64,000 nt of DNA from positions 11,050-75,049 of IMG/VR virus record IMGVR_UViG_3300034092_003233; one strand, written 5' to 3'. Within the stretch, counting starts at the first letter, position 1, and each line of letters opens with the position of its first letter. The translations under genes and the position numbers were made by a program. This stretch comes from a virus. The notes below the pieces were generated by a model. It saw nothing but the letters and a program-made list of their open reading frames with translations. It searched no databases and was not told the DNA's origin. Of this stretch, positions 28,324 to 38,338 are shown piece after piece.

Positions 28324-29177
28324 GGTGTTTATGCTGTTGGTGCTGCGTTTAGATACGGATGACCCACAGGAAGACTGCCTTGCAATTTCCACTTCCATGC
28401 AAGATATCCTTCAATGAGTTGTCTGGTCGTGGTGTTTGTAGATTGCACCATTATGACCTCTGCAATTACTATGTTGGATGCTCTATTGACAGTATATTGT
28501 CTTGCTAATGAATAACCAACATTGGTGTTGTCTGGTGTTGCAATAGTGTTAGTGGTGCTTTCCAAGGTTCCGTTTCTCCACACTCCCCATCCCGTGGTAT
28601 TGCTTTGAAATGCCATTATGTTACCAACATTATTCGCGTATACAGTTCCGCTACTCAAATCATAATTTGCTTGTGCAGCCCCTTGGTAATATGGATAGCA
28701 AGCACCTAAATTGTTACTGTTTTTTACATAGTGTAAGGCACCACGATCCGTTCCCTGTCCTGCTGAAGCCAAAACGCCTATTGATGGTCTATAGGCATCA
28801 CTACCAGTTCCTGCTCCACTTCTTGACCATACCCAATACACTCCATGTGATTGATTTTGCATTGCTGTGGTGGAAATATCCATAGCATCGTTGGAACCAT
28901 CAAACAAAACTCCAGGCAATGAACCAGGAAAGGCGGTTGCAGAGTATGCTGGTTGATTTGCTGATGTTGCTTGCACAGCATTTACTCCACCACCTTTTCT
29001 ATCAGCCCATGTGGAAACACCTGTAGAAATTGTGAGGGTTGAAGATTGTGCTGCATCCAACCAAAATACTGTTGAGATTTCTTGGGGAGTCCAAAGCGTG
29101 CTATTAAACTCTCCCAAATCTCTCTCCATGTAATGCTTCAGACTAGGAATAGTTCCTGCCGCTGTACGGCGTTGATC
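28067..29177. repeat. 56-bp direct repeat (28067-28122 and 29122-29177, 3 mismatches)
   Basis: Both copies encode [19 protein letters not shown] just before the LamG-like domain of two adjacent genes. Confidence 0.85.
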
Positions 29178-29219
29178 TGTGTTGCCACAGTATCCTGAAT
29201 TGAGTCGCCATCTTCTCAT
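28329..29219 (-). CDS. LamG/ConA-like lectin-domain protein (paralog)
   Basis: FWLDAA...IAEVIMV...[11 protein letters not shown]...[12 protein letters not shown]. Confidence 0.7.
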   Translation of the reverse strand: MRRWRLNSGYCGNTDQRRTAAGTIPSLKHYMERDLGEFNSTLWTPQEISTVFWLDAAQSSTLTISTGVSTWADRKGGGVNAVQATSANQPAYSATAFPGSLPGVLFDGSNDAMDISTTAMQNQSHGVYWVWSRSGAGTGSDAYRPSIGVLASAGQGTDRGALHYVKNSNNLGACYPYYQGAAQANYDLSSGTVYANNVGNIMAFQSNTTGWGVWRNGTLESTTNTIATPDNTNVGYSLARQYTVNRASNIVIAEVIMVQSTNTTTRQLIEGYLAWKWKLQGSLPVGHPYLNAAPTA

Positions 29220-31504
29220 GATAAGAACCACCCTCTCTTGAAGTCTACGATGTATTGAACTGTACCTGTGAGTCCGTTGACTGATATTACATAGTCTCCA
29301 ACAGGACCAGTCGCACCTTGAGGACCAGTTGCACCTTGAGAACCCGTTGCACCAGTAGCACCTGTTGCACCTTGAGAACCCGTTGCACCTTGAGAACCCG
29401 TTGCACCAGTAGCACCTGTTGCACCTTGCGATCCTGTTGCACCTTGCGATCCTGTTGCACCTTGCGATCCTGTTGCACCTTGAGGACCAGTTGCACCTTG
29501 AGAACCCGTTGCACCTTGAGAACCCGTTGCACCTTGAGAACCCGTTGCACCTTGAGAACCCGTTGCACCAGTAGCACCTGTTGCACCTTGCGATCCTGTT
29601 GCACCTTGAGGACCAGTTGCACCTGTGTTACCTTGAGAACCAGTAGCACCATTTGCACCAGCAACCCCTGCCGCACCAGTTGCTCCTTGAGGACCAAATG
29701 GTTCAACCCAATATGAAGACGAGCCATCTGTGATGTAAACAAACACATTTCCGCTGCTTGTGTTGAACCACATATCACCGTATGTGGCTCCTGCGGGTGC
29801 TGTGGTTGATGAGGTGAAACTTATTGCACCTGAGATACCTTGAGGACCCGTAACACCTGTTGCACCTGTATTACCTTGCGGACCAGTGGCACCAGTAGCA
29901 CCTTGTTCACCTGTAGCACCTTGAGGACCTGTAGCACCTGTTGTACCTTGAGGACCTGTGGCTCCTGTAGCACCAGTAGCACCTGTGGTTCCAACAACAG
30001 TAGAAGAAATAGCAGAAATAAAATCAGTATAAGATATTTGTTTGGTTTCTTCGTCGGCCGCATCAGTTACAAGAATATTTGAAGTCGATTTAAAGGTGGA
30101 GGCTGGAGCAGTATAATCAAAATAGTTATTAAGGCTGGCAACCGTGGTAACAAACATTTGATTTGCTTTTGCAGGGTTGCCAAGCACATTTGTAGTCTTA
30201 TCTTGTAATAATAAAATATCACCTTTTCCAATATCTTTAGCACTTCTAGTAGGAAATGTTAAACCACCCCGTGAATAGTCAATACCAAATGAATGCGTAT
30301 TTCCTGCAATCGCGTAAGAAATGCCCCGCAACCCTTGTAGATTTACTTCGCCTGTTGTTCCACTCAAAGAAACAACATAGGGGCCACTTATTCCGTCACC
30401 ACCTCCGCCTCCACCTGTAATGTTAACTTCTACATTTTTTCCTTTTCGTGTTACTGTAACACCAGAACCAGTGAAATTAATGTCATTTACAGATTTAATA
30501 ATCTGTGCTTTATTGAATTGTATTCCTACTGCACCACCACCAATAGAAGTTAAATCAAATGAACCACTCTTAAGAGATGATAATTTTTCTACTAGTTTTT
30601 CTATCTTTTTAGAATCAAACGAAAGGTGTTTAGTCTTTGCATCATAAACTAGTGGATGCGATACTTTTACAATACCAGTTTCACCGGGATCACCTTTGTC
30701 TCCCTTTTCGCCTTTCTTTCCTGCTGGTCCTTGTTTTCCAGTTTTTCCATCCTTCCCATCTTTTCCGGGTGATCCTTGTTTTCCTTCAGGACCAATGTTT
30801 CCGTCTTTGCCCGGATCTCCCTTGTCTCCCCTTTCTCCTCTTTCCCCATCTTTTCCGTTGCGACCGGCCGCGCCAGCGGGGCCAGGTTTGCCTTCAGGTC
30901 CTGGTTCACCGCGATCACCTTTTGGTCCAACAGGACCAGGCATTCCATCTTTACCATCTTTACCATTTGTTCCCGGTATTCCTTGATCTCCTTTGTCTCC
31001 TTTTGGACCAGGAATACCTAGTTCACCCCGTTCTCCGGGATCACCTTTCTCTCCCCTATCTCCCTTGTCTCCTTTGGGTCCTGCAAAACCAACGGGACCC
31101 ATAGGTCCTCGTTCCCCTGCTGTTCCTCTTGGACCTGGAGTTCCTTCTTCTATTATTTTTTGTTGTATTGTTTTATTAACAACTATTACTTTTGGTTCTT
31201 CTGGTTTTACTGTTTCTTCCACATATGGATCAAATAACTCTTGTATTTGCTTGGTAGAACCACGCAGAGTCATTTCTCCGTTGGGAGTGTTTATTGTAAC
31301 TTCAGAAAGACCATAACCAAGTTTCCAAACATTATCAGAAGATGAATTATCAGAAATGCTTACAATAGTTCCTTCTGATAGACCTAACTCTTCTCGTACT
31401 AATATAAATTTATCACCGGGAGAATGATTACCAACAACAATACGAGAAGAACCAATTTTTGGCTCCTCTTCGTTTGAATTGACATAATCAAAAAAATTCT
31501 TCAT
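29216..31504 (-). CDS. Collagen-like fibre protein with one charged (GxK/GxR) and two Thr/Ser-rich (GAT/GSQ) triple-helix regions
   Basis: Long uninterrupted Gly-X-Y runs; [10 protein letters not shown]...YW knob between the two GAT blocks. Confidence 0.9.
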   Translation of the reverse strand: MKNFFDYVNSNEEEPKIGSSRIVVGNHSPGDKFILVREELGLSEGTIVSISDNSSSDNVWKLGYGLSEVTINTPNGEMTLRGSTKQIQELFDPYVEETVKPEEPKVIVVNKTIQQKIIEEGTPGPRGTAGERGPMGPVGFAGPKGDKGDRGEKGDPGERGELGIPGPKGDKGDQGIPGTNGKDGKDGMPGPVGPKGDRGEPGPEGKPGPAGAAGRNGKDGERGERGDKGDPGKDGNIGPEGKQGSPGKDGKDGKTGKQGPAGKKGEKGDKGDPGETGIVKVSHPLVYDAKTKHLSFDSKKIEKLVEKLSSLKSGSFDLTSIGGGAVGIQFNKAQIIKSVNDINFTGSGVTVTRKGKNVEVNITGGGGGGDGISGPYVVSLSGTTGEVNLQGLRGISYAIAGNTHSFGIDYSRGGLTFPTRSAKDIGKGDILLLQDKTTNVLGNPAKANQMFVTTVASLNNYFDYTAPASTFKSTSNILVTDAADEETKQISYTDFISAISSTVVGTTGATGATGATGPQGTTGATGPQGATGEQGATGATGPQGNTGATGVTGPQGISGAISFTSSTTAPAGATYGDMWFNTSSGNVFVYITDGSSSYWVEPFGPQGATGAAGVAGANGATGSQGNTGATGPQGATGSQGATGATGATGSQGATGSQGATGSQGATGSQGATGPQGATGSQGATGSQGATGSQGATGATGATGSQGATGSQGATGATGATGSQGATGPQGATGPVGDYVISVNGLTGTVQYIVDFKRGWFLS
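29305..29645. repeat. 18-bp-unit tandem repeat array encoding ([12 protein letters not shown])n
   Basis: Exact repeats of gaacccgttgcaccttga and gatcctgttgcaccttgc. Confidence 0.9.
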
Positions 31505-31626
31505 CTATGATAGACTATTGTTTTATTTTTTTCTTGAATTGTTATTGCAATAACTTTTCTGCTATTGGAAACAGTTTGACTTTTACTAACAATAACTTTG
31601 TATTTTTCGGTTAATAGAATTTTCAT
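31501..31626 (-). CDS. Small 41-aa protein absent from the ORF track ([41 protein letters not shown])
   Basis: ATGA overlaps at both ends couple it to 31623-32024 and to the collagen gene. Confidence 0.65.
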   Translation of the reverse strand: MKILLTEKYKVIVSKSQTVSNSRKVIAITIQEKNKTIVYHR

Positions 31627-32024
31627 TTTGTTACACTCGGAGTAGTATCAAAACGACCTTCCATCAAACGAATATTACTGCCATTACTATTGCTAACTTG
31701 AATGTCGTAAACAAACTTTCCAACAGGCATGTCTGCCATTCCTGAACCAGAAACATATAAAAGAATACCACCAGTAGCACCAGTAGTACCACTGATATCA
31801 ACATTTAAAGTTATTCCTCCATAACCACCAGTCAACCCAACTGTAGCACCTAGTGGATTACCAGAAAACGATGCAAGAACAGTATCCAATTCATAAGAAC
31901 GGCGGACTTCCATCTTTGCGGTATAGTTGGTAAAATCAAATGGTGTGTCTTCGTTGTTTAAATAACGGAGGTACAACCAAAAATCAGAACCCTGTTCTGC
32001 TGGAATATCGTAATTTGCTGACAT
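31623..32024 (-). CDS. Fibre-attachment/adaptor-like protein (LtfC/BppU-type pattern)
   Basis: EQGSDF...PFDFTNYTAKMEVR...KFVYDIQV...RLMEG. Confidence 0.55.
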   Translation of the reverse strand: MSANYDIPAEQGSDFWLYLRYLNNEDTPFDFTNYTAKMEVRRSYELDTVLASFSGNPLGATVGLTGGYGGITLNVDISGTTGATGGILLYVSGSGMADMPVGKFVYDIQVSNSNGSNIRLMEGRFDTTPSVTK

Positions 32025-32044
32025 AGATTAGCTCCTAACTAATC

Positions 32045-32052
32045 TATTTATC
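32045..32052 (-). promoter_or_regulatory. Late promoter (GATAAATA) at the start of the fibre module
   Basis: Followed by AGGAG SD and ATG at 32024. Confidence 0.55.
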
Positions 32053-33249
32053 TTATCTCTTTGCTCGTTCTTTTTTCTTGTGGAGTTTGAGTTTTTTCTT
32101 TTCCATCTTTTGTTCAACTTTTTTTTCATTTAGTTGAATTTTTGTCTCAATAATGATTCTTTCATACTCGCTTAGATTTTTCTTAACTCTTTCAATTTCA
32201 TTGGCAGGGAGAAGATTACGATCTAACAATGCTTTACATGCGTTATAACCGATTTCAATCTTACCGGCATAAAACGCAGTGCTTCCAATTTCATCCAATA
32301 TCCCGTATCGATACACATCATTGTCTATGAACAGAATATCGTCTTTTGGGTAAGGTATCTCTGCTGCCATTTTGGCAAAGACATATCCAAGAGCAGGCTT
32401 TCCATTAAGTCTGTAGATTCTTGCAATTTGATATAAAGGTTCAGCGCGATTTGGTCGTGCATTATAAGCATCTAGGAATGCTTGTTGAATTTCAACCCAG
32501 TTCTTATTTTGCAGTGCTCTGGTTATTCCTATTCGATATATTGAATAATAAATCTCTTCTGGCCACCCACCCATCTCTACTCTCTTGACATATGCTTGTT
32601 CTGCCTTTTCCCATTGCTGAGAATCAAAATAACTTTGAGCAAGATAGAATTGATACCGAACATTTTCTGGCTCATCAATTAAAGCCTTTTCTAAGATTTC
32701 TGCATCTTTCTTATACTTTTCTACGGGAGTGATGTTTTGGTTTCTACCACCAACCGTTCTAGCCACAACTCTGTAATCACCAACCAATCTGTCAATTGTT
32801 GGTTGTCGTTGTTCTGTTAGTGCTGGATATTCGTGGAGAACACCATAATATTTCCATCCACATCCACTCTTAAAGATCTGAGTTCTCCACCAAGAGAAAT
32901 CCATTCTGCCCATGAGAACAGCATAGCCCTCATGTCCTACTAGTTTTTCTACTGGTAGTTTTCCTTCAACATAATCATCGGCATCAATCATGAAGATATA
33001 ATCTGCTTTACCATCAGCAAGTCTTAGTGCTTCCGTGCGATTTTCACCAAAGGAAACCCAAGGGCGTTCATGTAATTCGCCGGGAATTCCTTTTTCTGCA
33101 AAGTAGTTTTTAATCAGTTCTTGGGTTCCATCGGTTGAACCAGTATCAACTATTACCCAATAATCAATTTGATCATAAAGACTGTCGAAACATTCTTTAA
33201 TAATGTGCGATTCATTTTTAACGATCATCGATAGGCATAATTTATGCAT
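32053..33249 (-). CDS. GT2 glycosyltransferase with C-terminal TPR repeats
   Basis: LSMIVKNE, VDTGSTDGT, DADD, GVLHE, then YQFYLAQSY and TPR-like helices. Confidence 0.88.
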   Translation of the reverse strand: MHKLCLSMIVKNESHIIKECFDSLYDQIDYWVIVDTGSTDGTQELIKNYFAEKGIPGELHERPWVSFGENRTEALRLADGKADYIFMIDADDYVEGKLPVEKLVGHEGYAVLMGRMDFSWWRTQIFKSGCGWKYYGVLHEYPALTEQRQPTIDRLVGDYRVVARTVGGRNQNITPVEKYKKDAEILEKALIDEPENVRYQFYLAQSYFDSQQWEKAEQAYVKRVEMGGWPEEIYYSIYRIGITRALQNKNWVEIQQAFLDAYNARPNRAEPLYQIARIYRLNGKPALGYVFAKMAAEIPYPKDDILFIDNDVYRYGILDEIGSTAFYAGKIEIGYNACKALLDRNLLPANEIERVKKNLSEYERIIIETKIQLNEKKVEQKMEKKKLKLHKKKERAKR

Positions 33250-34024
33250 AATTATTATTCTCCAGTAAACACTTATATGTATTTAAAATTCCTCTATGCA
33301 ATCCAATAGTTTGAATAGGTAATTCTGAATCGCCACAATAAAAATCAAATTCATCTTTATTGTCAATGACTATAGGAACTTTATGTTCTCCAAGCACATT
33401 TATAAAATTTGCTATATTTTTTAATGAATATTTGTGACTGTATGAACAATTTATTTGTTTATCTAATTTATCATTTTCAATAAAATGTTGCACCAGTGTT
33501 ATAAAATCTTTCATATAAAAAAAATCCATTATTTTATTTTGATGAATTACCATCGATTCTTTTTTTAGATATCTAATTAAATTGGCTTTAATGAATCTTG
33601 TATTCAATTCATTTTCATCAAATAATCCAAATATTCTTAAATTGTAAAAGTTATCATATTTTTCTATTTGTTTTGCAATTTCTCTTTTACTGTTGGCATA
33701 CGGTGTGTCTCCATGAAAAATTTCAGCGCCCGAACCAAAAGATATTAACTTGGAAAAGGACTTTTGGTTGGCGATCAAATTGTTGAACATCGCCATATTA
33801 TTATCAAACACACAAGAATCATCTAGTTGTAGTCTACTGCCTCCACTAATGGCAGTATGAATCACAACATCGAATGTTTTACCGTCAAACCATTCACAGG
33901 TTTGTTGGTGATTTGTCAAATCAAAATCATTTCGTGTAATATAAGTAATTTGGTATTTTTGATTCAATGCATGATTTAAACTTTTTGCAATATAACCATT
34001 ACCGCCAGTAATTAGTACATTCAT
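33242..34024 (-). CDS. NAD-dependent epimerase/reductase (extended SDR), possibly YerF-like
   Basis: ITGGNGYIA; YANSK (YxxxK). Confidence 0.8.
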   Translation of the reverse strand: MNVLITGGNGYIAKSLNHALNQKYQITYITRNDFDLTNHQQTCEWFDGKTFDVVIHTAISGGSRLQLDDSCVFDNNMAMFNNLIANQKSFSKLISFGSGAEIFHGDTPYANSKREIAKQIEKYDNFYNLRIFGLFDENELNTRFIKANLIRYLKKESMVIHQNKIMDFFYMKDFITLVQHFIENDKLDKQINCSYSHKYSLKNIANFINVLGEHKVPIVIDNKDEFDFYCGDSELPIQTIGLHRGILNTYKCLLENNNYA

Positions 34025-35787
34025 TTCATAATTTCTTTCATTTCACTTTCATCAAGATAGGGGAACATATTTTCTAATGAATTTGATATTATCCTACCAT
34101 CAGCATCTTTAGAGCTTTGCACCCGTGGTATTAGTAATTGATTTTCTGTCATCATAATTTCACATAATACTGGTTCAGCTTTGTTTAAAATTAAACTAAT
34201 ATTATCTTCTAACTCTTTATTGTTTTTTAGTTTAAAAGTTTTAAACCCATAAGCTTCTGCTAATTTTGTAAAATTGGGAGAACTAATTCCACTTTTACTG
34301 TTAGAACCAATGTAATTACTATTGAATAGATTGTCTTGCATTAATGTTATTGCAAGATAACTGTTGTTGTTTAACACAAAAATTTTTAAAGGTATTTTAT
34401 TATGGATTACTGTTTGTAATTCTTGAATGTTCATTTGCAAACCACCATCACCAGAAATCAGGATGACTTCTCTTTGTGGATTTGCATAATACGCACCAAT
34501 GGCTCCGGGTAAACCAAATCCCATAGAACAGCAAGCACTCGAAGTAAATAATCGGTTTTTACCATTCATTTGTAGTGATTGCATGGTACAAGTGTAACTG
34601 GTTCCCATATCAGTTACTATTATATTATTGTCAGTCAAAACTGATGATAATATTTCCATAAAGTAAAATGAATTGATATTCTTTGTATTTGTTTTATATT
34701 CCGACTGAAATACTGGATATTTTTTTTTCCACGATTGAGTTTTATTTACCCAACAATTCCATTTTGGAATATTTTTATTTTTTAGTTCCAATAGGAGTCT
34801 AGGAAAAAATGATTTTAAATCTTCCACTATAGGATGATCTATTTTAATAGTTGGTTTTTTAATTTCATTTTCGTCTATGTCAACCATTATCTTGATTGAG
34901 TTTGGAGAAAATAAATCAGATTTATATCCTATATTTGGGATAGACATCCTACTTCCTAGAATTAGTAATAAATCTGCTTTTTGAACTGCAAAATTTGCTG
35001 CTCGTTCTCCCAACAACCCAAAATTTCCAACAAACAATGGATCGTGCTGACTCATTAAATCTTTGGATGTCCATGTAGATATTACAGGAATCTGTAATGT
35101 ATTTTTTAATTCAACAAATAGTTCTTCAGTTTCTGATAAATGTATACCATTACCAGTAACAATAACAGGAGATTTAGCTTTAAATATGAGATTTATTATT
35201 TGATCTAAATCATATCCAGTCGTGCTACTTTGTGGTTGAGCAAAAATTTTTTTTATTTCTATTCTACTATTTTGTATATCTAGAGGAATGTCTAACCATA
35301 CAGGACCCTTTCTTCCTGACATAGCGATATTGTATGCTTTATCAAGATGAAACTGTAAAGTATTTGGATCTGTTATCTGAACTGCATACTTAGTAATCGG
35401 TTTTACCATACTAATAATGTCACATTCTTGTACACCCAACTGTCTTAATTTTACATCATCTAAACTACAAAGAGATTGGTTTACCGGAACTTGACCAGAA
35501 ATTACAATCATTGGAATAGAATCTTGATAAGCACCCAACACTCCAGTAATAGTATTTGACGAACCGGGACCATTTGTAACTAATACACATGCTGGTTTAT
35601 TTGCCACTCTAGCATATCCTTCAGCAGCCATAGCACATGCTTGTTCGTGATAATTGCAAATATAAGTAAATGGTTTTTCTCTGACAGAATTTAGTAAATG
35701 TGCGGCCGCTCCACCAGACACAGAAAAAATAGTATCAACATTCTTGGATAATAGATAATCGAAGATATAATCAGAAATTTTAATCAT
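34021..35787 (-). CDS. ThDP-dependent acetolactate-synthase-like carboligase (YerE-like)
   Basis: HEQACAMAAEGYAR, TNGPG, GPVWLDIPLD, MGFGLPGAIG, GDGGLQMN...NN; located inside a deoxysugar cluster. Confidence 0.85.
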   Translation of the reverse strand: MIKISDYIFDYLLSKNVDTIFSVSGGAAAHLLNSVREKPFTYICNYHEQACAMAAEGYARVANKPACVLVTNGPGSSNTITGVLGAYQDSIPMIVISGQVPVNQSLCSLDDVKLRQLGVQECDIISMVKPITKYAVQITDPNTLQFHLDKAYNIAMSGRKGPVWLDIPLDIQNSRIEIKKIFAQPQSSTTGYDLDQIINLIFKAKSPVIVTGNGIHLSETEELFVELKNTLQIPVISTWTSKDLMSQHDPLFVGNFGLLGERAANFAVQKADLLLILGSRMSIPNIGYKSDLFSPNSIKIMVDIDENEIKKPTIKIDHPIVEDLKSFFPRLLLELKNKNIPKWNCWVNKTQSWKKKYPVFQSEYKTNTKNINSFYFMEILSSVLTDNNIIVTDMGTSYTCTMQSLQMNGKNRLFTSSACCSMGFGLPGAIGAYYANPQREVILISGDGGLQMNIQELQTVIHNKIPLKIFVLNNNSYLAITLMQDNLFNSNYIGSNSKSGISSPNFTKLAEAYGFKTFKLKNNKELEDNISLILNKAEPVLCEIMMTENQLLIPRVQSSKDADGRIISNSLENMFPYLDESEMKEIMK

Positions 35788-36173
35788 AATTTATCAATAA
35801 AAGCTAAAGTATCATTCCAATTTTCAAAACGATACCCATTATCGTCAATGTATAACATTGCTCTAGGTTTTTCAGAAGTAATACCACTAATACAATCGAA
35901 CACATCGTATTTTTTTAACCACTCTTCCACTAGTTCAATTCCAGTTTTACCATTTACTAATGGTCTGTCGGATTTTGCTTTTGCAGTAAAAATGATAATT
36001 TTGTGTCGTTTTGATAAAGTTTTTATTGCTTCCAAAGAACCAGCAATTGGTTCCCCATAACAAGTTCCATCATACCATCCCTTATCAAATGTGTGAATAA
36101 CTCCATCAAAATCTATGGCTATGTTATTTTTATCATTTTCATGACCGGGAGGAAACTGTATATTATTTTTCAT
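35784..36173 (-). CDS. HAD-family phosphatase-like protein
   Basis: DFDGVIH, FTA, KP...YIDD. Confidence 0.75.
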   Translation of the reverse strand: MKNNIQFPPGHENDKNNIAIDFDGVIHTFDKGWYDGTCYGEPIAGSLEAIKTLSKRHKIIIFTAKAKSDRPLVNGKTGIELVEEWLKKYDVFDCISGITSEKPRAMLYIDDNGYRFENWNDTLAFIDKL

Positions 36174-36846
36174 TTTTAGAAATTGTCAATAAAATTGTAT
36201 TAGAAATCACGCCATCTAATTCTTTTGATACTTGTTTTACGATTTTACCAAATCCAACATCACCGGGTATTGTGACACAATGTGATATTTTATCAATAGT
36301 TCTTACCATACCACCTTTAAGAAAGACGAGCAAATCATCATCTTGTTTGTTGTTGATTGTTTCAATATCATTTATAGTTTGTACTGTTATGGTGGAATTT
36401 GCAAATCGATAAGTATTACTTTTATTTAATTCTGGTTCTTTGATCCATAAACATCTATCTGTTTTAGACTCTTCCGATGTGTGATCTTCATACGGTTTAT
36501 GTGAACGGCCATATTGATCTTTTAATCTAACTAAATCTTGTTTATCTTTTGGTGTTTCGATTTCAAATACCCAAGCACCATTATCGGACAATGCTTTGGT
36601 TGAGTGAAACAAACCCCGTCTAATCATAACTTTATCTAATGAATTTATTACGCGAGTGTCTGCTAAAAATGATAATTCTGCTTTTCCATCTAATAAAATT
36701 AATCCAGTAGTTTTTTTAGGATGACAATGCAAAGAAGTACTTTGATTAGGAGCAATATACAAAAACCACAGACCAACATCGTTGTTTTCATATACCAAAT
36801 ACTCATACCCCCAAGGTTTTTTAACAATATTGGTATCGTAACTCAT
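36163..36846 (-). CDS. Cupin-fold sugar isomerase-like protein
   Basis: VKKPWGYE...TSLHCHPKK...FHST...EIETP...DLVRLKDQYGR. Confidence 0.75.
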   Translation of the reverse strand: MSYDTNIVKKPWGYEYLVYENNDVGLWFLYIAPNQSTSLHCHPKKTTGLILLDGKAELSFLADTRVINSLDKVMIRRGLFHSTKALSDNGAWVFEIETPKDKQDLVRLKDQYGRSHKPYEDHTSEESKTDRCLWIKEPELNKSNTYRFANSTITVQTINDIETINNKQDDDLLVFLKGGMVRTIDKISHCVTIPGDVGFGKIVKQVSKELDGVISNTILLTISKNEK

Positions 36847-37394
36847 TACTTCTTGTTTCTTTCATTATGAACCTGATGTCCAATTCGTAACCACTCTCCC
36901 ATGAAATCATAGTGAGGACACGATACAATGTTACCATCAACTACTACAGATTCTCTGCTGTAGGTTGCTCCTGCGTTTTCAATATCAATATCAATTGAAT
37001 AGTAACCAGAAACAGTTCTACCTTTTAAAATCTTAGCAGAAATTAATAGCTGTGCGCCATTACACACGGAAAATATTGTTTTGTTTGCTGCATTCCACTC
37101 TTGTACAAATTTAAGAACTCCCTTTTCCTGTCTTAACTTCTCCAACGCTTTAACTCCACCGGGAACTACAAGAAGTTCATAATCATTCAAGTATTTTTGT
37201 CGTGTTGTTTCATTTTCAAACAATTTAGTTTCTATATCACAATTCATGTGTGTACCTAAACTACCCCAAATTTTACCAGTTTTATTAGCCATCAATGTAA
37301 CATTAAATCCTGCTTCTTTTAAACTGTAAAATGGATAGATTAATTCATGATCTTGAAACTTTTCCCAAGTAATAATTAGTGCATTTTTTACCAT
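36846..37394 (-). CDS. DJ-1/PfpI family protein
   Basis: FQDHEL, VPGG, VCNGAQLL nucleophile elbow, VVVDGNIVS. Confidence 0.85.
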   Translation of the reverse strand: MVKNALIITWEKFQDHELIYPFYSLKEAGFNVTLMANKTGKIWGSLGTHMNCDIETKLFENETTRQKYLNDYELLVVPGGVKALEKLRQEKGVLKFVQEWNAANKTIFSVCNGAQLLISAKILKGRTVSGYYSIDIDIENAGATYSRESVVVDGNIVSCPHYDFMGEWLRIGHQVHNERNKK

Positions 37395-38338
37395 ATAAAA
37401 GTATCCTTATAATATTCAACAATCTTTACTAATTCTTCATCAAACTGCTTAACGGGACTCCAACCTAGCGAACGAAGTTTTGTGTCATCAAGAGCATATC
37501 GTACATCTTGCCCCTGTCTATTGCAAGACAAATCAACATATTTGTCAAATTCAGATAAATCTATACCATTAGCAGTCAATATTTTCTGAACAGTTGTAAG
37601 ATTACTCTGTTCGAATCCTCCGGCAATATTGTAAATCTCATTCTTAACACCGCTTTCGATTATTGTTATGATTACATTGGCTGTATCTTCTGCATGAAGC
37701 CAATTTCGAATAGGTGTACCATTATTATGCAATGGAATTTTTCTTCCTAACTTTAGATATTTACATGCTTTTGGTATTAGTTTTTCAACATATTGTCCTA
37801 TACCATAATTGTTTGTTGGACGAATAATAACATATGGTATCTTATAAGTTCTAGCCCAAGCCAATACTAACATATCTGCTGCTGCTTTTGAAGCAGAATA
37901 TGGATTGGATGGTTTTAGTAAATCAGATTCAGTGTGCGCGCCTTCTACAATATCACCATACACTTCATCTGTGCTAAAGTGTAGTAGGGTAGGAATTTTA
38001 GTGTTCTCTTGCCTATAGTTTTTTATTAATTCCAAAATGTTATGAACACCGTTTATGTTACTGGTGATGAAATCGTCACTATTGGCTATGGAATTACCAA
38101 CATGAGTTTCTGCTGCTGTATTAATAATATAATCGCAATCGTATAAAAACTTCAAGTCATTAATGTCACAATGCACAAAAGAGAAATTACTATACTGCTT
38201 AAATTCTTGCAATAGTTCTTTATTGGCTGCATATGTCATCTTATCTACACCTTTAACATACCATCCTTTTTTAAGGCATAAACGGGTTACATATGATCCA
38301 ATAAAACCCAAACAACCAGTAATATACACGACTTTCAT
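37388..38338 (-). CDS. rmlB: NDP-glucose 4,6-dehydratase (RmlB-like)
   Basis: TGCLGFIG, AAETHV, STDEVYG, PYSASKA, TNNYG, RNWLH. Confidence 0.88.
   Translation of the reverse strand: MKVVYITGCLGFIGSYVTRLCLKKGWYVKGVDKMTYAANKELLQEFKQYSNFSFVHCDINDLKFLYDCDYIINTAAETHVGNSIANSDDFITSNINGVHNILELIKNYRQENTKIPTLLHFSTDEVYGDIVEGAHTESDLLKPSNPYSASKAAADMLVLAWARTYKIPYVIIRPTNNYGIGQYVEKLIPKACKYLKLGRKIPLHNNGTPIRNWLHAEDTANVIITIIESGVKNEIYNIAGGFEQSNLTTVQKILTANGIDLSEFDKYVDLSCNRQGQDVRYALDDTKLRSLGWSPVKQFDEELVKIVEYYKDTFIW

Noticed and set aside
27319-29219. Diversity-generating retroelement template/variable repeat pair
   Set aside because: No reverse transcriptase in the window; both repeat copies are coding and N-terminal to the lectin domain, and the three differences are not adenine-specific on the coding strand.
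29305-29645. CRISPR-like array
   Set aside because: The repeats are contiguous, in-frame coding units with no unique spacers, and no cas genes are present.
29287-31316. Several long alternative-frame and antisense ORFs over the collagen gene
   Set aside because: They are shadows of Gly-X-Y repeats, which lack stop codons in other frames.
34021-35787. Acetolactate synthase as a branched-chain amino-acid AMG
   Set aside because: No other ilv genes or regulatory subunit nearby; the deoxysugar context favours a YerE-like role.
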